This document shows, piece by piece, positions 20,289 to 30,291 of a DNA stretch of 64,000 nt (position 1 is its first letter; each line of letters starts with the position of its first letter). The notes below the pieces were generated by a model. It was not told where the DNA came from. It was given only the letters and a program-made list of their open reading frames with translations, and did not search any database. The translations under genes were made by a program, and so were the position numbers. The stretch is from contig CAWCDG010000002.1 of NCBI GenBank assembly GCA_963794325.1, positions 512,001 to 576,000 of the forward strand. The letters run 5' to 3'. Origin of the DNA: an uncultured delta proteobacterium (GTDB lineage: Bacteria > Desulfobacterota > Binatia > Binatales > Binataceae).

Positions 20289-22181
20289 ATGCGCCAACGG
20301 GGTATCCGTTCGACCGTTCTCTCGTTTCTGATTGCAGCGGCCGCCGCGCTGCTTATTTCGCCACCGGCGCGCGCCGATAATGCGAAGAATCAGTTCGCCG
20401 GTTACACCAAGTACCAGTGGTATCGCGCGCACTACGACGTGAACGCCGACGGCACCCATGTCGAGAAGCAGGCGTGGTCGCTCAAGGTGCTGACGGAGCA
20501 GGGAGTGGCCGAGGCGCAGCAGGCGTCGGTGAGTTTCAGCGATCGCCTGCAGACCCTGGAAATTCTCTCGGCCTACACGCTCAAGAGCGACGGACGCAAA
20601 ATTGACGTCCCGAAGACCAACTTCCAGGACGAGGCGAACGTCGGAAAGGGCGACCAGGCGCCGATCTTCTCGGATATCAGGACCAGGACCGTGGCGTTTC
20701 CGGACGTCGCGGTCGGCGACTCGGTGGTGTTGTCGTATCGGTTGACGCAAAAGGAGGCGACGTTCCCCGGGAATTTCTCGTTGCTCGAGTCGTTTTCGAA
20801 GTTCGAGGTTTACGACGCGGTGGAGATAAGCGTCAGCGCGCCCAAGTCGTTGGGCCTGCGCGTTTACGCGCGAGGCGTCGAGGGAGGCGAGGCGCCGTCG
20901 TCAGACGGTCGCAGCAACTGGGCGTGGTCGTACAAAAACCAGAATGTAGCGACGCCCGAGACCGCTTCCGTCTCACCGCTCGACTACGGCCCCTTGATCG
21001 TCGTCACGACGTTTAAGGATTACGGGGCATTGGCCGACGCTTACAATGCCCGTGCGAAAGTTAAAGCAGAGCCGACCGATGGCATCAGGAAGTTGGCGGA
21101 CGATCTGACGAAGAATGCGCATACGCCGCGCCAACAGGCCAAAGCGCTCTACGAGTGGGTGTCGCACAATATCAAGTATGTCGACAATGAGGTTGGGGTC
21201 GGTTCGGTGGTGCCGCACGCCGCCGATCAGGTGCGTCAGAACAGGATGGGCGACTGCAAGGATCACACGACCTTGCTGCAGGCGCTGCTGGCCGCCAAAG
21301 GTATCGCGAGCATACCTGCCCTGATCAATTCAGGCTCCTCATACACGCTGCCCGACGTGCCGTCGATTGAAGTGTTCGATCACGTGATCAGCTACATTCC
21401 TTCGCTCGATCTATTTGCGGATTCGACGTCTGAGATTACGCCGTTCGGATCAATTCCAGTCGCAGAAGCGGGCAAACCCGTCCTGCTGACCGCCAATTTC
21501 CCCGGTATTCGGCATACCCCGAAGGAGAATTGGAAAGAGAACGGGTCGTACAGCAAGACGGTGATGAATTTCCATTCGGACGGCTCCTCGGAGGGCGAAA
21601 CGCAGGTCGATGCCAAGGGCGAGTATGCGGACGAAACCCGGTACCGGATGACCTATATACAGCCGAACATGGAAGACTCGCTGATGCGTTCGGCGCTGAC
21701 GCGGAACGGCTTTTCGGGAACCGGGACGCTTATCAAGGGCAATATCAAGGACATCAGCCCGTCGTATCGATTCGGCAGCGATTACAAGTTGATCGATGCG
21801 ATCGACCTGCCGGGGCCGGGCGCGATATCTCTCCGCTCGCCAATCGAATGGCAAGGCGGCGTCGGAAGTTTCCTGCGCGGCAGCAATGACCCGGATCCGA
21901 CCGTCAATTTCGTGTGCGGCGGCGGCTATTCAAGAGAGGAGTTCATCTACAACCTGCCCAAGGACGTGAAGGTGCTCGCCATACCGCGGAACGTCGAGAT
22001 CAAAGGCATGTACCAGACATACAAAGCGACCTATCAGCAGAAAGACGGCACGGTAACCGCGATGCGGGAAATCGAGGATCGCACGCCGGGGCCGGTCTGC
22101 AGGCCGGAGGTCGCGGCCGAGTACAAGAAATTCGCCAAGAGTGTCAGGAAGGACCTTCACGCGCAGCTCTTGTACGAATGA
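20289..22181 (+). CDS. Secreted DUF3857 + transglutaminase-like domain protein
   Basis: Signal peptide; FPDVAVGD; GDCKDH...FDHVI...DST catalytic triad. Confidence 0.85.
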   Translation: MRQRGIRSTVLSFLIAAAAALLISPPARADNAKNQFAGYTKYQWYRAHYDVNADGTHVEKQAWSLKVLTEQGVAEAQQASVSFSDRLQTLEILSAYTLKSDGRKIDVPKTNFQDEANVGKGDQAPIFSDIRTRTVAFPDVAVGDSVVLSYRLTQKEATFPGNFSLLESFSKFEVYDAVEISVSAPKSLGLRVYARGVEGGEAPSSDGRSNWAWSYKNQNVATPETASVSPLDYGPLIVVTTFKDYGALADAYNARAKVKAEPTDGIRKLADDLTKNAHTPRQQAKALYEWVSHNIKYVDNEVGVGSVVPHAADQVRQNRMGDCKDHTTLLQALLAAKGIASIPALINSGSSYTLPDVPSIEVFDHVISYIPSLDLFADSTSEITPFGSIPVAEAGKPVLLTANFPGIRHTPKENWKENGSYSKTVMNFHSDGSSEGETQVDAKGEYADETRYRMTYIQPNMEDSLMRSALTRNGFSGTGTLIKGNIKDISPSYRFGSDYKLIDAIDLPGPGAISLRSPIEWQGGVGSFLRGSNDPDPTVNFVCGGGYSREEFIYNLPKDVKVLAIPRNVEIKGMYQTYKATYQQKDGTVTAMREIEDRTPGPVCRPEVAAEYKKFAKSVRKDLHAQLLYE

Positions 22182-22247
22182 ACATATCGGCGTCAGCGTT
22201 GAGGCGCACTGCGGACGACTAGCGGGCGCTCGCAGTGTCCTGGTTTC

Positions 22248-22413
22248 AGTGGGGCGGGCCGCCGTGCCCGCCCCTTCCTCAAGGTTGCGGCTACGTCCAG
22301 CGATGCTCCCTATTACGGCCGGCGCCTGCGGTAGAAGTAAAATGAGTCACTCATCGGTAAGCGTGGGTGCGGACGCCCGCGCGTCGATGGCGGGCACGGC
22401 GGCCCGCCCCACT
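22248..22413. repeat. REPIN/MITE-like element with 25-bp perfect inverted repeats
   Basis: agtggggcgggccgccgtgcccgcc (22248-22272) and its exact reverse complement (22389-22413). Confidence 0.8.
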
Positions 22414-22547
22414 ATAAAACCAGAAGCTCTGATTCATGGTAACTGCGCTATTTTTGTACCGGCCGTAGCGATTTTGAAACCAGGACACCACGCCGGTGCT
22501 TGACCCGCTACCTTGGCGCACTGCGGTGGACTAAAGTAGCCGTTCTG

Positions 22548-23963
22548 ATGGCTCGCGATAACGGCACTCACCAATTCACCGAGCACGGCGCATTGAATCA
22601 TGTGCCGTTCTACGCCAGCCGGCCGGTGCGGATCGCGCTCTACTACGCGCTCGGCGGACTGATTTGGGTGGCAATGTCGGATCGGGTGCTGTCGCTCATG
22701 CCGGCGCATTCGTACACCCTCAACCGGCTGATGTTCGTGTGCGTGAACGCGCTGCTGCTCTACCTGGTCGCCGCCCGTTACATGAAGACAATTCGCATCT
22801 CGGTTGCCGCGCGAGAGGAAGCCCTGGTGCGTGCGCGCGGTTATTTCGAGTCGTCGGTCGAGGGAATTATTTCAACCGACAGCAACGGGATGATTCGCCA
22901 GCTCAATCCGCGCGGTCAGGAGATGTTCGGCTACCATGAAATGGAGCTGGTGGGTCAGCCGATCGAAATCCTGGTGCCGCGGCGATTCCACTATCGTCAC
23001 GAGGCGCATCGTCAGGCATTTTTCGGTGCGCCGAGATCGCGCGCGATGGGCCGCGGGATGGAGATTGCGGGACGCCGAAAAGACGGCAGCGAATTTCCCG
23101 TCGAGATCAGTCTCAACGTCGTGCATATGCATAAGGGAAAGCTGGTGATCGCGTTCATCTCGGACATCACCGAGCGCCGCGCGATGGAGCGGGAGGCGCG
23201 CCGCAATGAAACCGTCGACGCGCTCGCCGCGGTGGCAGCCGGAATCGCGCACGAACTCAATAATCCGCTGGCCGTGATGGCCTCGCGAATCGAGCTGATG
23301 CTGGCCTCGGATCAGGACCTCAGCATTCAGACCCGCAACGACCTGCTGGTCCTGCAAAAGAACATCGAGCGCGCCAGCCGCATCTCGCACAACATGCTGT
23401 CGCTCGCGCGTCAGCGCCCCGGCTCACGCCAGACCGTCGACATGAACGTCGCGGTCGAGGAGGCGATGCTGATTGTCGGCGCCGAGCCCAAGGGTGTCAT
23501 GCTGCGCTACGAAACCAGCCTCGATCGGTCGCTGCCGCCAATAATGGCCGAGCCCACCGGCATCGAGCAGGTGCTGATCAACTTTGTTCTGAATGCGCGC
23601 GACGCGGGCGCGCACCTGATTCGAATCGAGACGGGGCCGGCGCCCGGACGTGCCGCGAGTCTTCGGTTGTCGATCTCGGACGACGGCGCGGGAATCCCAA
23701 GCGACGTGCTCGGCAAACTGTTCCAGCCTTTTTTCACGACCAAGGCAAAGGGGACTGGCTTGGGTCTATGGCTGAGCCAGCGGATCATCCAGGACCACGG
23801 CGGCAATGTCGCGGTCGAGTCCGAGGTCGGCAAAGGCACTACCTTTACGATAACTCTGCCGACGATGGGCGAGTCGTCGTCGGAGCGTGTACCGCCTGCG
23901 CGTGAAGAACGGCCAGAGCCGATACAAATCGCCGCGGCGCGAACCAGTCGATCGGGTCGCTAG
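22548..23963 (+). CDS. PAS domain sensor histidine kinase
   Basis: Two TM segments, PAS, H-box AHELNNPL, N-box, FFTTKAKGTGLGL. Confidence 0.92.
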   Translation: MARDNGTHQFTEHGALNHVPFYASRPVRIALYYALGGLIWVAMSDRVLSLMPAHSYTLNRLMFVCVNALLLYLVAARYMKTIRISVAAREEALVRARGYFESSVEGIISTDSNGMIRQLNPRGQEMFGYHEMELVGQPIEILVPRRFHYRHEAHRQAFFGAPRSRAMGRGMEIAGRRKDGSEFPVEISLNVVHMHKGKLVIAFISDITERRAMEREARRNETVDALAAVAAGIAHELNNPLAVMASRIELMLASDQDLSIQTRNDLLVLQKNIERASRISHNMLSLARQRPGSRQTVDMNVAVEEAMLIVGAEPKGVMLRYETSLDRSLPPIMAEPTGIEQVLINFVLNARDAGAHLIRIETGPAPGRAASLRLSISDDGAGIPSDVLGKLFQPFFTTKAKGTGLGLWLSQRIIQDHGGNVAVESEVGKGTTFTITLPTMGESSSERVPPAREERPEPIQIAAARTSRSGR

Positions 23964-23970
23964 CTAGCCG

Positions 23971-24345
23971 GTGGCTGCGCAAACAAAAATTCTGATTGTT
24001 GACGACGAGCGCGACCTGGTGGACGCATACGTCAGGCTCCTCCAGCGCGCCGGTCACATATGCATCGCCGCATTCGATGCAAATGAAGCAATCCAGCTAA
24101 TCGACGAGCAGTCGCCCGACCTGGTGATAACCGACCTGAGTCTGCCCGACACCAGCGGCATCGAGATCATTCGTCACATCCGCGCGAAGTCGCAGACCAC
24201 GCCGATCATCGTGATGTCGGGCCATAACACCCCCGAACTGAACAACGCCGCCCACGCCGCAGGAGCAAACTTCTCACTCCTGAAACCAGTGTCAATCGCG
24301 GAGCTGCAGCGTGTGATCGTCGAAGCACTCGCACTAGCGCACTGA
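23971..24345 (+). CDS. Single-domain response regulator
   Basis: ILIVDDE, PDLVITD, IIVMSG, LLKP. Confidence 0.92.
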   Translation: MAAQTKILIVDDERDLVDAYVRLLQRAGHICIAAFDANEAIQLIDEQSPDLVITDLSLPDTSGIEIIRHIRAKSQTTPIIVMSGHNTPELNNAAHAAGANFSLLKPVSIAELQRVIVEALALAH

Positions 24346-24401
24346 CCGACGCGCACGAGGGATTCCTAACTGTCCCGGCTGATTCCGCTACGATTCCAGC
24401 G

Positions 24402-24962
24402 ATGGCACGTGAACGGACTACCGCCGCTTTCGGTAAAGTTACGATCGTGGGCAGCATCTAACGACCTGTCGCATCTTAACCCATTCACTTTCGAGTTCGT
24501 GTGCTTGAAAAGGGCGGAAGGCCGCAGCAACGATATGCAATCGACGTCCTTTTCAGCTGGCACTGTTTCACCCGCGGAATCGCACCAGGTGAAAACTTCT
24601 CCAGGGCACTGACTTACAGTCGCGGCCGCGAGACTCGCCTGTTCGACGAGCGCCGTTATCATCTCTCAAAGAAATTACCAGGCATCCTCGGAGGTATCGG
24701 CTCGCGAAAGTGCTTCCACACGGGTAGAGGCAACTTCTTCACGGTCGAACTGCTGGACGAGGAAGGAAACCGGATCGAATATACGATCTTTTTCAAAGTG
24801 TCGCGGCGTTCGAAGCCTCGCGAGCTTACTCTGCGAGTTGAGAGCGCTTACGTCCGTGGCGGTCGCGTGCCGCTTAGGCGGTCGCATCCGCCGCGTCCGA
24901 TTCGCTTCTCGGTCATCGCGTACAACACGGCCACAGGAAAGCGAATCAAGGAGCCAAAATGA
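24402..24962 (+). CDS. Hypothetical protein, putative RelE/BECR-like RNase; 5' part disrupted by two indels (~24460, ~24500)
   Basis: Main ORF 24501-24962 has FSWHCFTR, YTIFF, LRVESAY. Upstream pieces 'MARERTT...GSI' (same frame, TAA at 24459) and 'DLSHLNPFTFEFV' (shifted frame). Fold is inferred. Confidence 0.6.
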
Positions 24963-24990
24963 AAAAGGCCCTTCTCAGAAGGACCTTTTT
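24962..24990. terminator. Bidirectional intrinsic terminator
   Basis: aaaaaggcccttctcagaaggaccttttt hairpin flanked by A and T runs. Confidence 0.75.
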
Positions 24991-25092
24991 CCAAATCCGC
25001 TGGGAACCTCTTGGCTATCACCACACTTGGGTGGAAACCGGAACCGGAATTCCGGCGGGCGAGCGCTTGCACCCAGCTTGGGCGCTCTTACA
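24962..25092 (-). ncRNA. Candidate ~130-nt structured small RNA
   Basis: Own promoter (TTGTTT-N17-TATCGT with extended TG), several stems, three CCAAG motifs, ends at the terminator. Confidence 0.45.
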
Positions 25093-25098
25093 CTCGAA

Positions 25099-25127
25099 AC
25101 GATACCAAATGTAGCCACCGCAAACAA
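25099..25127 (-). promoter_or_regulatory. Putative sigma70 promoter for the candidate sRNA
   Basis: -35 TTGTTT (25127-25122), 17-bp spacer ending in TGG, -10 TATCGT (25104-25099). Confidence 0.45.
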
Positions 25128-25139
25128 ACGAGGACTGAG

Positions 25140-26265
25140 TTAGAGGGTGCGTTTGAACGAGACGCTCGCCAGGACCAGCATCAGGACCATGAAAATCAGC
25201 AGGAATCCTATGTCGCCGCTTACGGCGGTGAAGTCGGCGCCTTTGAACAGGATTTGTTTGATGGCGCTCACCGAATGAGTTTCGGGATTGAAGTGGGCGA
25301 AGGTTCGGAGCCATGGCGGGAAGCTTTCAACCGGATAGATCGCACCGCTTGGGAAGAACAGGATTACGTTCAGAAATCCTGAGAATGTTCCGACGAGGCG
25401 CGGATGGCCGGCGCGGCCGAGCATCGAGAACGTCATCGCGAGCAGGCCGGCCGCAGCTGATGATGATTATTCCGATCAGCATCAGTAGCGCCGTCGGGCC
25501 GCCGATGAGATGGCCGCGGGTGATCAGCAGTCCCAGGAACAAGACCAGCACGCCGCCGATGCTGGTGACGGTTACGCCGCTGGCGAGGATGCCGCCGGCG
25601 ATGTCCCATCGTGAGAGCGGAGTCACCAGGTAGCATTCGGTGACGCCCATGAATTTGTCCATCACCCAGTTGAACACGCCCGACATCAGCGAGCCCATGA
25701 AGATGGCCATCACGATGACGCCGGGGATGAGCGAGCGATCGTAGTCGACGTACGGGAACAGCCAGCCCGGGCGCAGCGAGATGTCGTTGAGCTTGGGCTC
25801 GCGCGCGGTGACGAACGCGACTCTCACGGTGGCGGCGGCCTGATCGAGCACGCCTTCGAGCGTCTGCGAGCTGATGCTGTCGACGTTGTCGGTGAACAGA
25901 CCGATCTGCGCGATGCGGCCTTCGGCGACGTCGTGGCTGAAGTCGGGCGGGATGACGACGACGCCTTTGTAGATCCCGTCGCGCACTTCGTTGACGGCGC
26001 TGCCCGGGTCGGTCTCGAAGGTGACGTCGACGGTCTTCGGTCCGGCCTGCAGCGCGAGCAACTGTTCGACGATCCGGCGCGCGTAGAGTCCGTGATCCTG
26101 CTCGACGACGACAATCGGCAGATGCTTGAGCTGGCCCTGGAAGGAGTTGCCGATGATCACGAGATAGACGATCGGCATCAGGATGACCGAGACGAGCGTG
26201 ATCGGATTGCGCGACAGCTTCTTCAAGTCGCGCCGCATGATGGCGAGGAATTTCAGCCCGAACAT
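25140..26265 (-). CDS. ABC-2 type transporter permease; frameshift near 25456
   Basis: N-part 25327-26265 plus C-part 'FFPSGAIYPVESFPPWLR..NP' ending at 25140. Confidence 0.85.
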
Positions 26266-26275
26266 CGCATTGTCC

Positions 26276-27283
26276 TCAGCGCTGCTGCGGCATCCCGGCG
26301 CCGACGAACAAGCTGACCTTCTTGGCCGGCTCGTCGCGGAGCGTGCGCCCAGTGAAGTGGATGAAGACGTCTTCGAGCGAAAGTTTCTGCACGGTGATCG
26401 AGGTCACGCGATCGCCGGCTTTTTCGACGGCGTCGAGAACCATCGGAATCGCGTGAGCACCGTCGTTGGCGGAAAGCTGGAGTCGGTTGCCGCCGTCGAG
26501 ATTCACCTCGCGCAGATACGGCATAGGCTTCAGCATCTCGGCGATCGCCGCAGGATTTTTTTCGACGACCAGATCGATCCGATCCGCACCCGGCACCATC
26601 GATTTGAGTCCGACCGGCGTATCCATCGCGATTATCTTGCCGCCGTCAACGATTGCGATCCGATCGCACAGCGACTCTGCCTCGTCCATGTAATGCGTCG
26701 TGAGCGAGATGGTGATCTCGCTTTCCTTGCGCAGCGTCTCGAGCAGGTCCCACACGGCGCGCCGGCTTTGCGGGTCGAGGCCGATAGTCGGCTCGTCCAG
26801 GAACAATACGTCGGGCGAGTGAATGAGGCCGCGCGCGATTTCGAGCCGGCGGCGCATCCCGCCTGAATAAGTGGCGACCAGATCGTTGGCGCGCTCGGTC
26901 AACCCGACCAGGTGCAGCAGGCGATGCCCGCGTTCGCGGCGCTCGCGGCGTGACAGGCCGAAGAACTCGCCGTAGATATCGACGTTCTCCCATCCGGTGA
27001 GATCAAGGTCCGAGGTGAGCGCCTGCGGTATAACGCCGATGTTCTCGCGCACCTGGCGCGGGTGGCGCGCGACGTCGAAGCCCATGACGAATGCCTGGCC
27101 ACCGCTGGGCGTGACAAGCGTCGTGAGCATCCGCACGATTGTCGTCTTGCCGGCGCCATTGGGCCCGAGCAGTCCGAAGACCTCGCCGCGGCGGACTTCG
27201 AAGTTGACCTTGTCGACCGCGGTGAACGCGCCGAAGCGCTTAGTCAGGTCTTTGGTTTGTATTGCTGGTGAGTCGGGTTCCAT
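26276..27283 (-). CDS. ABC transporter ATP-binding protein (DrrA-like)
   Basis: GPNGAGKTT, YSGGMRRR, LDEPT, SLEDVF. Confidence 0.95.
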   Translation of the reverse strand: MEPDSPAIQTKDLTKRFGAFTAVDKVNFEVRRGEVFGLLGPNGAGKTTIVRMLTTLVTPSGGQAFVMGFDVARHPRQVRENIGVIPQALTSDLDLTGWENVDIYGEFFGLSRRERRERGHRLLHLVGLTERANDLVATYSGGMRRRLEIARGLIHSPDVLFLDEPTIGLDPQSRRAVWDLLETLRKESEITISLTTHYMDEAESLCDRIAIVDGGKIIAMDTPVGLKSMVPGADRIDLVVEKNPAAIAEMLKPMPYLREVNLDGGNRLQLSANDGAHAIPMVLDAVEKAGDRVTSITVQKLSLEDVFIHFTGRTLRDEPAKKVSLFVGAGMPQQR

Positions 27284-28127
27284 CGTTGCGCGGAAAAGTG
27301 ACTTCCGCGGTCATCCCCGGTTTGAGTTCGCCTTCGGCCTGCAGCACCTGGACTTTGACGTAGAAGGTGCGAATGTCCTGTCGTCCGCGGCGCACGTCGC
27401 GCTCGGTCGCAAACTGGCCTTCTTGTCCGATCGCCATCACGCGGCCGGTGAAAATCTGCGGTGGCGTCGTCGGCAGTTCGACCTGCGCCGACTTGCCGAT
27501 GTACAGCGAGCCCAGGTCAGTCTCCTCGACGTCGACGCGCGCCCAAATCGTCGACAGGTCATCGACGGTCAGAATCGGCACACCGGGCGTCACCCATTCG
27601 CCGACTTCGAGCGCCTTGCTGACGATAACGCCGTCGACCGGTGCTTTTATCTCGGTGTCCACGATCTGATCCGAGTAGTACTTTGCGTTGGCCTGCGCGC
27701 TGAGCACGTCGGCCTCGTCCTGCTGGACGGTGGTGATAGCATCGTCGCGAACCTTGGTCGCAACCACGTTGGCTTTGGCCAGTGCTTCGTCCCGCACGAG
27801 GTCGCGCCGCGCCTGCGCCAGGTTGGCTTGCGCATGAGCGAGGTCGGCTTTCGACTTCGCCAGCTGATTTCTCAGATCGATATCTTCGATCAGCGCTACG
27901 ACTTGTCCTTTCTTGACGTGATCGCCTTCGATCAGATCGAGCTGCTTGATGCGTCCGGCGATTCGGCTGGTGATATTTACTTCGGGCGCCTCGATCATCC
28001 CGACGACTTTGATCGTCGAACGATCCTCAGGCGGCCACAGGTAGGCGCGTCCGAAAAAATAAAATCCGAAGATGACGCCGGCCAGGATTGCCAGCCGAAT
28101 GATCCGGCGAACCAGGGTTCGGATCAT
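27240..28127 (-). CDS. HlyD family membrane fusion protein
   Basis: N-terminal TM, SRIAGRI..EGD.VKKGQ, IKAPVDG, LKPGMTAEV. Confidence 0.92.
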   Translation of the reverse strand: MIRTLVRRIIRLAILAGVIFGFYFFGRAYLWPPEDRSTIKVVGMIEAPEVNITSRIAGRIKQLDLIEGDHVKKGQVVALIEDIDLRNQLAKSKADLAHAQANLAQARRDLVRDEALAKANVVATKVRDDAITTVQQDEADVLSAQANAKYYSDQIVDTEIKAPVDGVIVSKALEVGEWVTPGVPILTVDDLSTIWARVDVEETDLGSLYIGKSAQVELPTTPPQIFTGRVMAIGQEGQFATERDVRRGRQDIRTFYVKVQVLQAEGELKPGMTAEVTFPRNDGTRLTSNTNQRPD

Positions 28128-28786
28128 TGCGGATGCACCGGCTTGAAAGTCTGTGCCGGGTCCGCGCCGAGCGATCGTAAAATCAGGTTGCCCAGCTCGC
28201 GGCTTATTTCTGATACCGGGCGGCTGGGTCCGTAGTAGAGCAGCAGCGATCGAATCGCACCCTGGATGGTTAGCGTTGCAAGCCGCGGATCGACGCGGGT
28301 GAACACGCCGATGCGGATTCCTTCTTCAATCAGCGATGCGAAGAAGTTGAAGCCGCGCTCGCGCGAACCCTCGATGATGCGATTGCGCGCCTCGGACAGG
28401 CGCGGTTCCTCCATCGCGAAGAACTGAAGAAAATCACGCCGCTGATCGTAGAACTCCACCGTCACCGCGATCGAACGGCGCATCCTTTCGACCACCGGTA
28501 ACTTCGGATCGGCGCTCGCCTGATAGGTGCGGTAGGCGGTGTCGAGGCCGTCGTTGAGCACGCCGAGGTAGAGGGCGTCCTTCGACGGAAAGTAGAGATA
28601 TAACGTCCCTTTGGCGACCCCGGCAGCCTCCGCCACGCGGTCCATCGTGACGGCCTGGTAGGCTTGATGGGCAAACAGCTTGAGCGCAGCGGCGAGGATC
28701 CGCTGGCGCTTGGCAGACTGCTCGTCGTGAGGTTGAAAGGGGTGACCATTGGAGATTCCAGCCGAATTTGTTTGTATTCTATTCAT
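28124..28786 (-). CDS. TetR/AcrR family regulator
   Basis: HTH 'TMDRVAEAAGVAKGTLYLYFPSK'. Confidence 0.93.
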   Translation of the reverse strand: MNRIQTNSAGISNGHPFQPHDEQSAKRQRILAAALKLFAHQAYQAVTMDRVAEAAGVAKGTLYLYFPSKDALYLGVLNDGLDTAYRTYQASADPKLPVVERMRRSIAVTVEFYDQRRDFLQFFAMEEPRLSEARNRIIEGSRERGFNFFASLIEEGIRIGVFTRVDPRLATLTIQGAIRSLLLYYGPSRPVSEISRELGNLILRSLGADPAQTFKPVHPQ

Positions 28787-28790
28787 AAAC

Positions 28791-28804
28791 TGACCAGTCA
28801 GTCA
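28791..28804. promoter_or_regulatory. Probable TetR operator (TGAC-N6-GTCA)
   Basis: tgaccagtcagtca immediately upstream of the tetR start. Confidence 0.6.
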
Positions 28805-28930
28805 TAATATGAATGGCCGACAGGAGCGAGTCAACGGCCTCTGAAGATGGTACCGTTCATTCGGACTCTACGAGCTGCGGAGCCGAGCTGGCTGTAGAGT
28901 GGGGCCGACATATCGGCGGGGGAAATACAA

Positions 28931-30169
28931 ATGTCCGATCGGAGGGGAGGCGCACCGATCCGGTTCGCGCCGCGAGAGGGTTACGAGTCAGGGCGAGAGG
29001 GAATCGACGAGTATCGCCGCGCTTGGCGATATCGTGCGGCGCTCTCGATGCTCGCGTTCGTTCTACTGATTGCAAGTCCGGCGCGGCCGGCGAGTACCGA
29101 CAACCAGGACAACGACAACGACTTCGCGGCACCGCTCGCGGCCAACAAAATCGAGTACTCGTTCGTGTTCATGGGATGTAACCGGATCTTGAAGGGCGAC
29201 ATATCGCCTGACAATCCGAGCACTGCGAATCTGGCCCAACTCGAGCGCAGCTTCACGGAAATCGCGGCGCTCAGGCCGCGCCCCAAGTTTGTCGTTTTCA
29301 CCGGCGACCTGGTGGTTGGACTGACCACCGACCTGAACGTGCTGCGCAGTCAATTGGCGAGCTGGACCGACGTGTACCAAAACTCCGACCTCGGCCGGGA
29401 CCGGAAGATTCGACTGATCGCGCTCCCCGGAAATCACGAATCGCTGTTCGGCGTGAAGGGTTCGCAGCAATCGAATCCCGGCGCCGAAGCGGTATGGCTC
29501 AGCCTGATGCAACCGTATATCGCCGGCAACAATGGTCCCCCAGCCGGCGGCCCCGACAATCTGCAAACCGATCAGGCTCAGCTCACCTACTCGTTCGACT
29601 TTCGCGATTCACATTTCGTGATTCTGAACACAGATCCGTTTGGAGCAGTGGCGACGGTCCCACTTAACTGGCTCCATGGGGATTTGATGGCGGCGGTCGA
29701 GCCGACAATCACTTGAAGCATATGTTCGTGCTGGGTCATAAGCAGGCTTTTAGTCCCGCCGATTCGAACTCGGAGCAGGCGCTGGATTCCAATCCCGACA
29801 ATCGCAACCAGTTCTGGGACGAGTTGAATAATGCCGGCGTCGGCTATTACCTGGTCGCCCACGCCCACCTCTGGCACTTCAGCACGCCAGTCTCTCCGAT
29901 CTCGATGCATGCAGCACACCGTGCAAATCATCGCGGGCAACGGCGGCTCGAAGGAAGACCCGATATGGGAGGCGGCCGGCAAGGATTTCTATTACGGATT
30001 CACCCTGGTGCAAGTGCTCAAGAACGGCAAAGTGGTGATGAAGAGTTACGGCCGCGATTTCGATGCGACGAATTATCTGGCGCCGTCACCGCCGTCCCTG
30101 TTCCCAACCACGATTCGCGAGATGCTGGAGTTTCCCCAGGCCAGTAGCGGCATCTGTTCGGGACTTTAA
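28931..30169 (+). CDS. Secreted metallophosphoesterase (calcineurin-like); frameshifts near 29700 and 29910
   Basis: Motifs FTGDLV, PGNHE, LGH and AHAH are spread over three consecutive frames. Confidence 0.75.
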
Positions 30170-30214
30170 AGCCGCACTCGATCTGCTAATTTAGGGCGTG
30201 CCGCAAAAGCACTC

Positions 30215-30291
30215 GCGCCCGTAGCTCAACTGGATAGAGCATCAGACTTCGGATCTGAGGGTTGGGGGTTCGAATCCCTCCGGGCGCGCCA
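30215..30291 (+). tRNA. tRNA-Arg(TCG)
   Basis: Acceptor stem gcgcccg/cgggcgc, D-arm, anticodon arm tcaga-ctTCGga-tctga, T-loop ttcgaat, encoded CCA. Confidence 0.95.
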
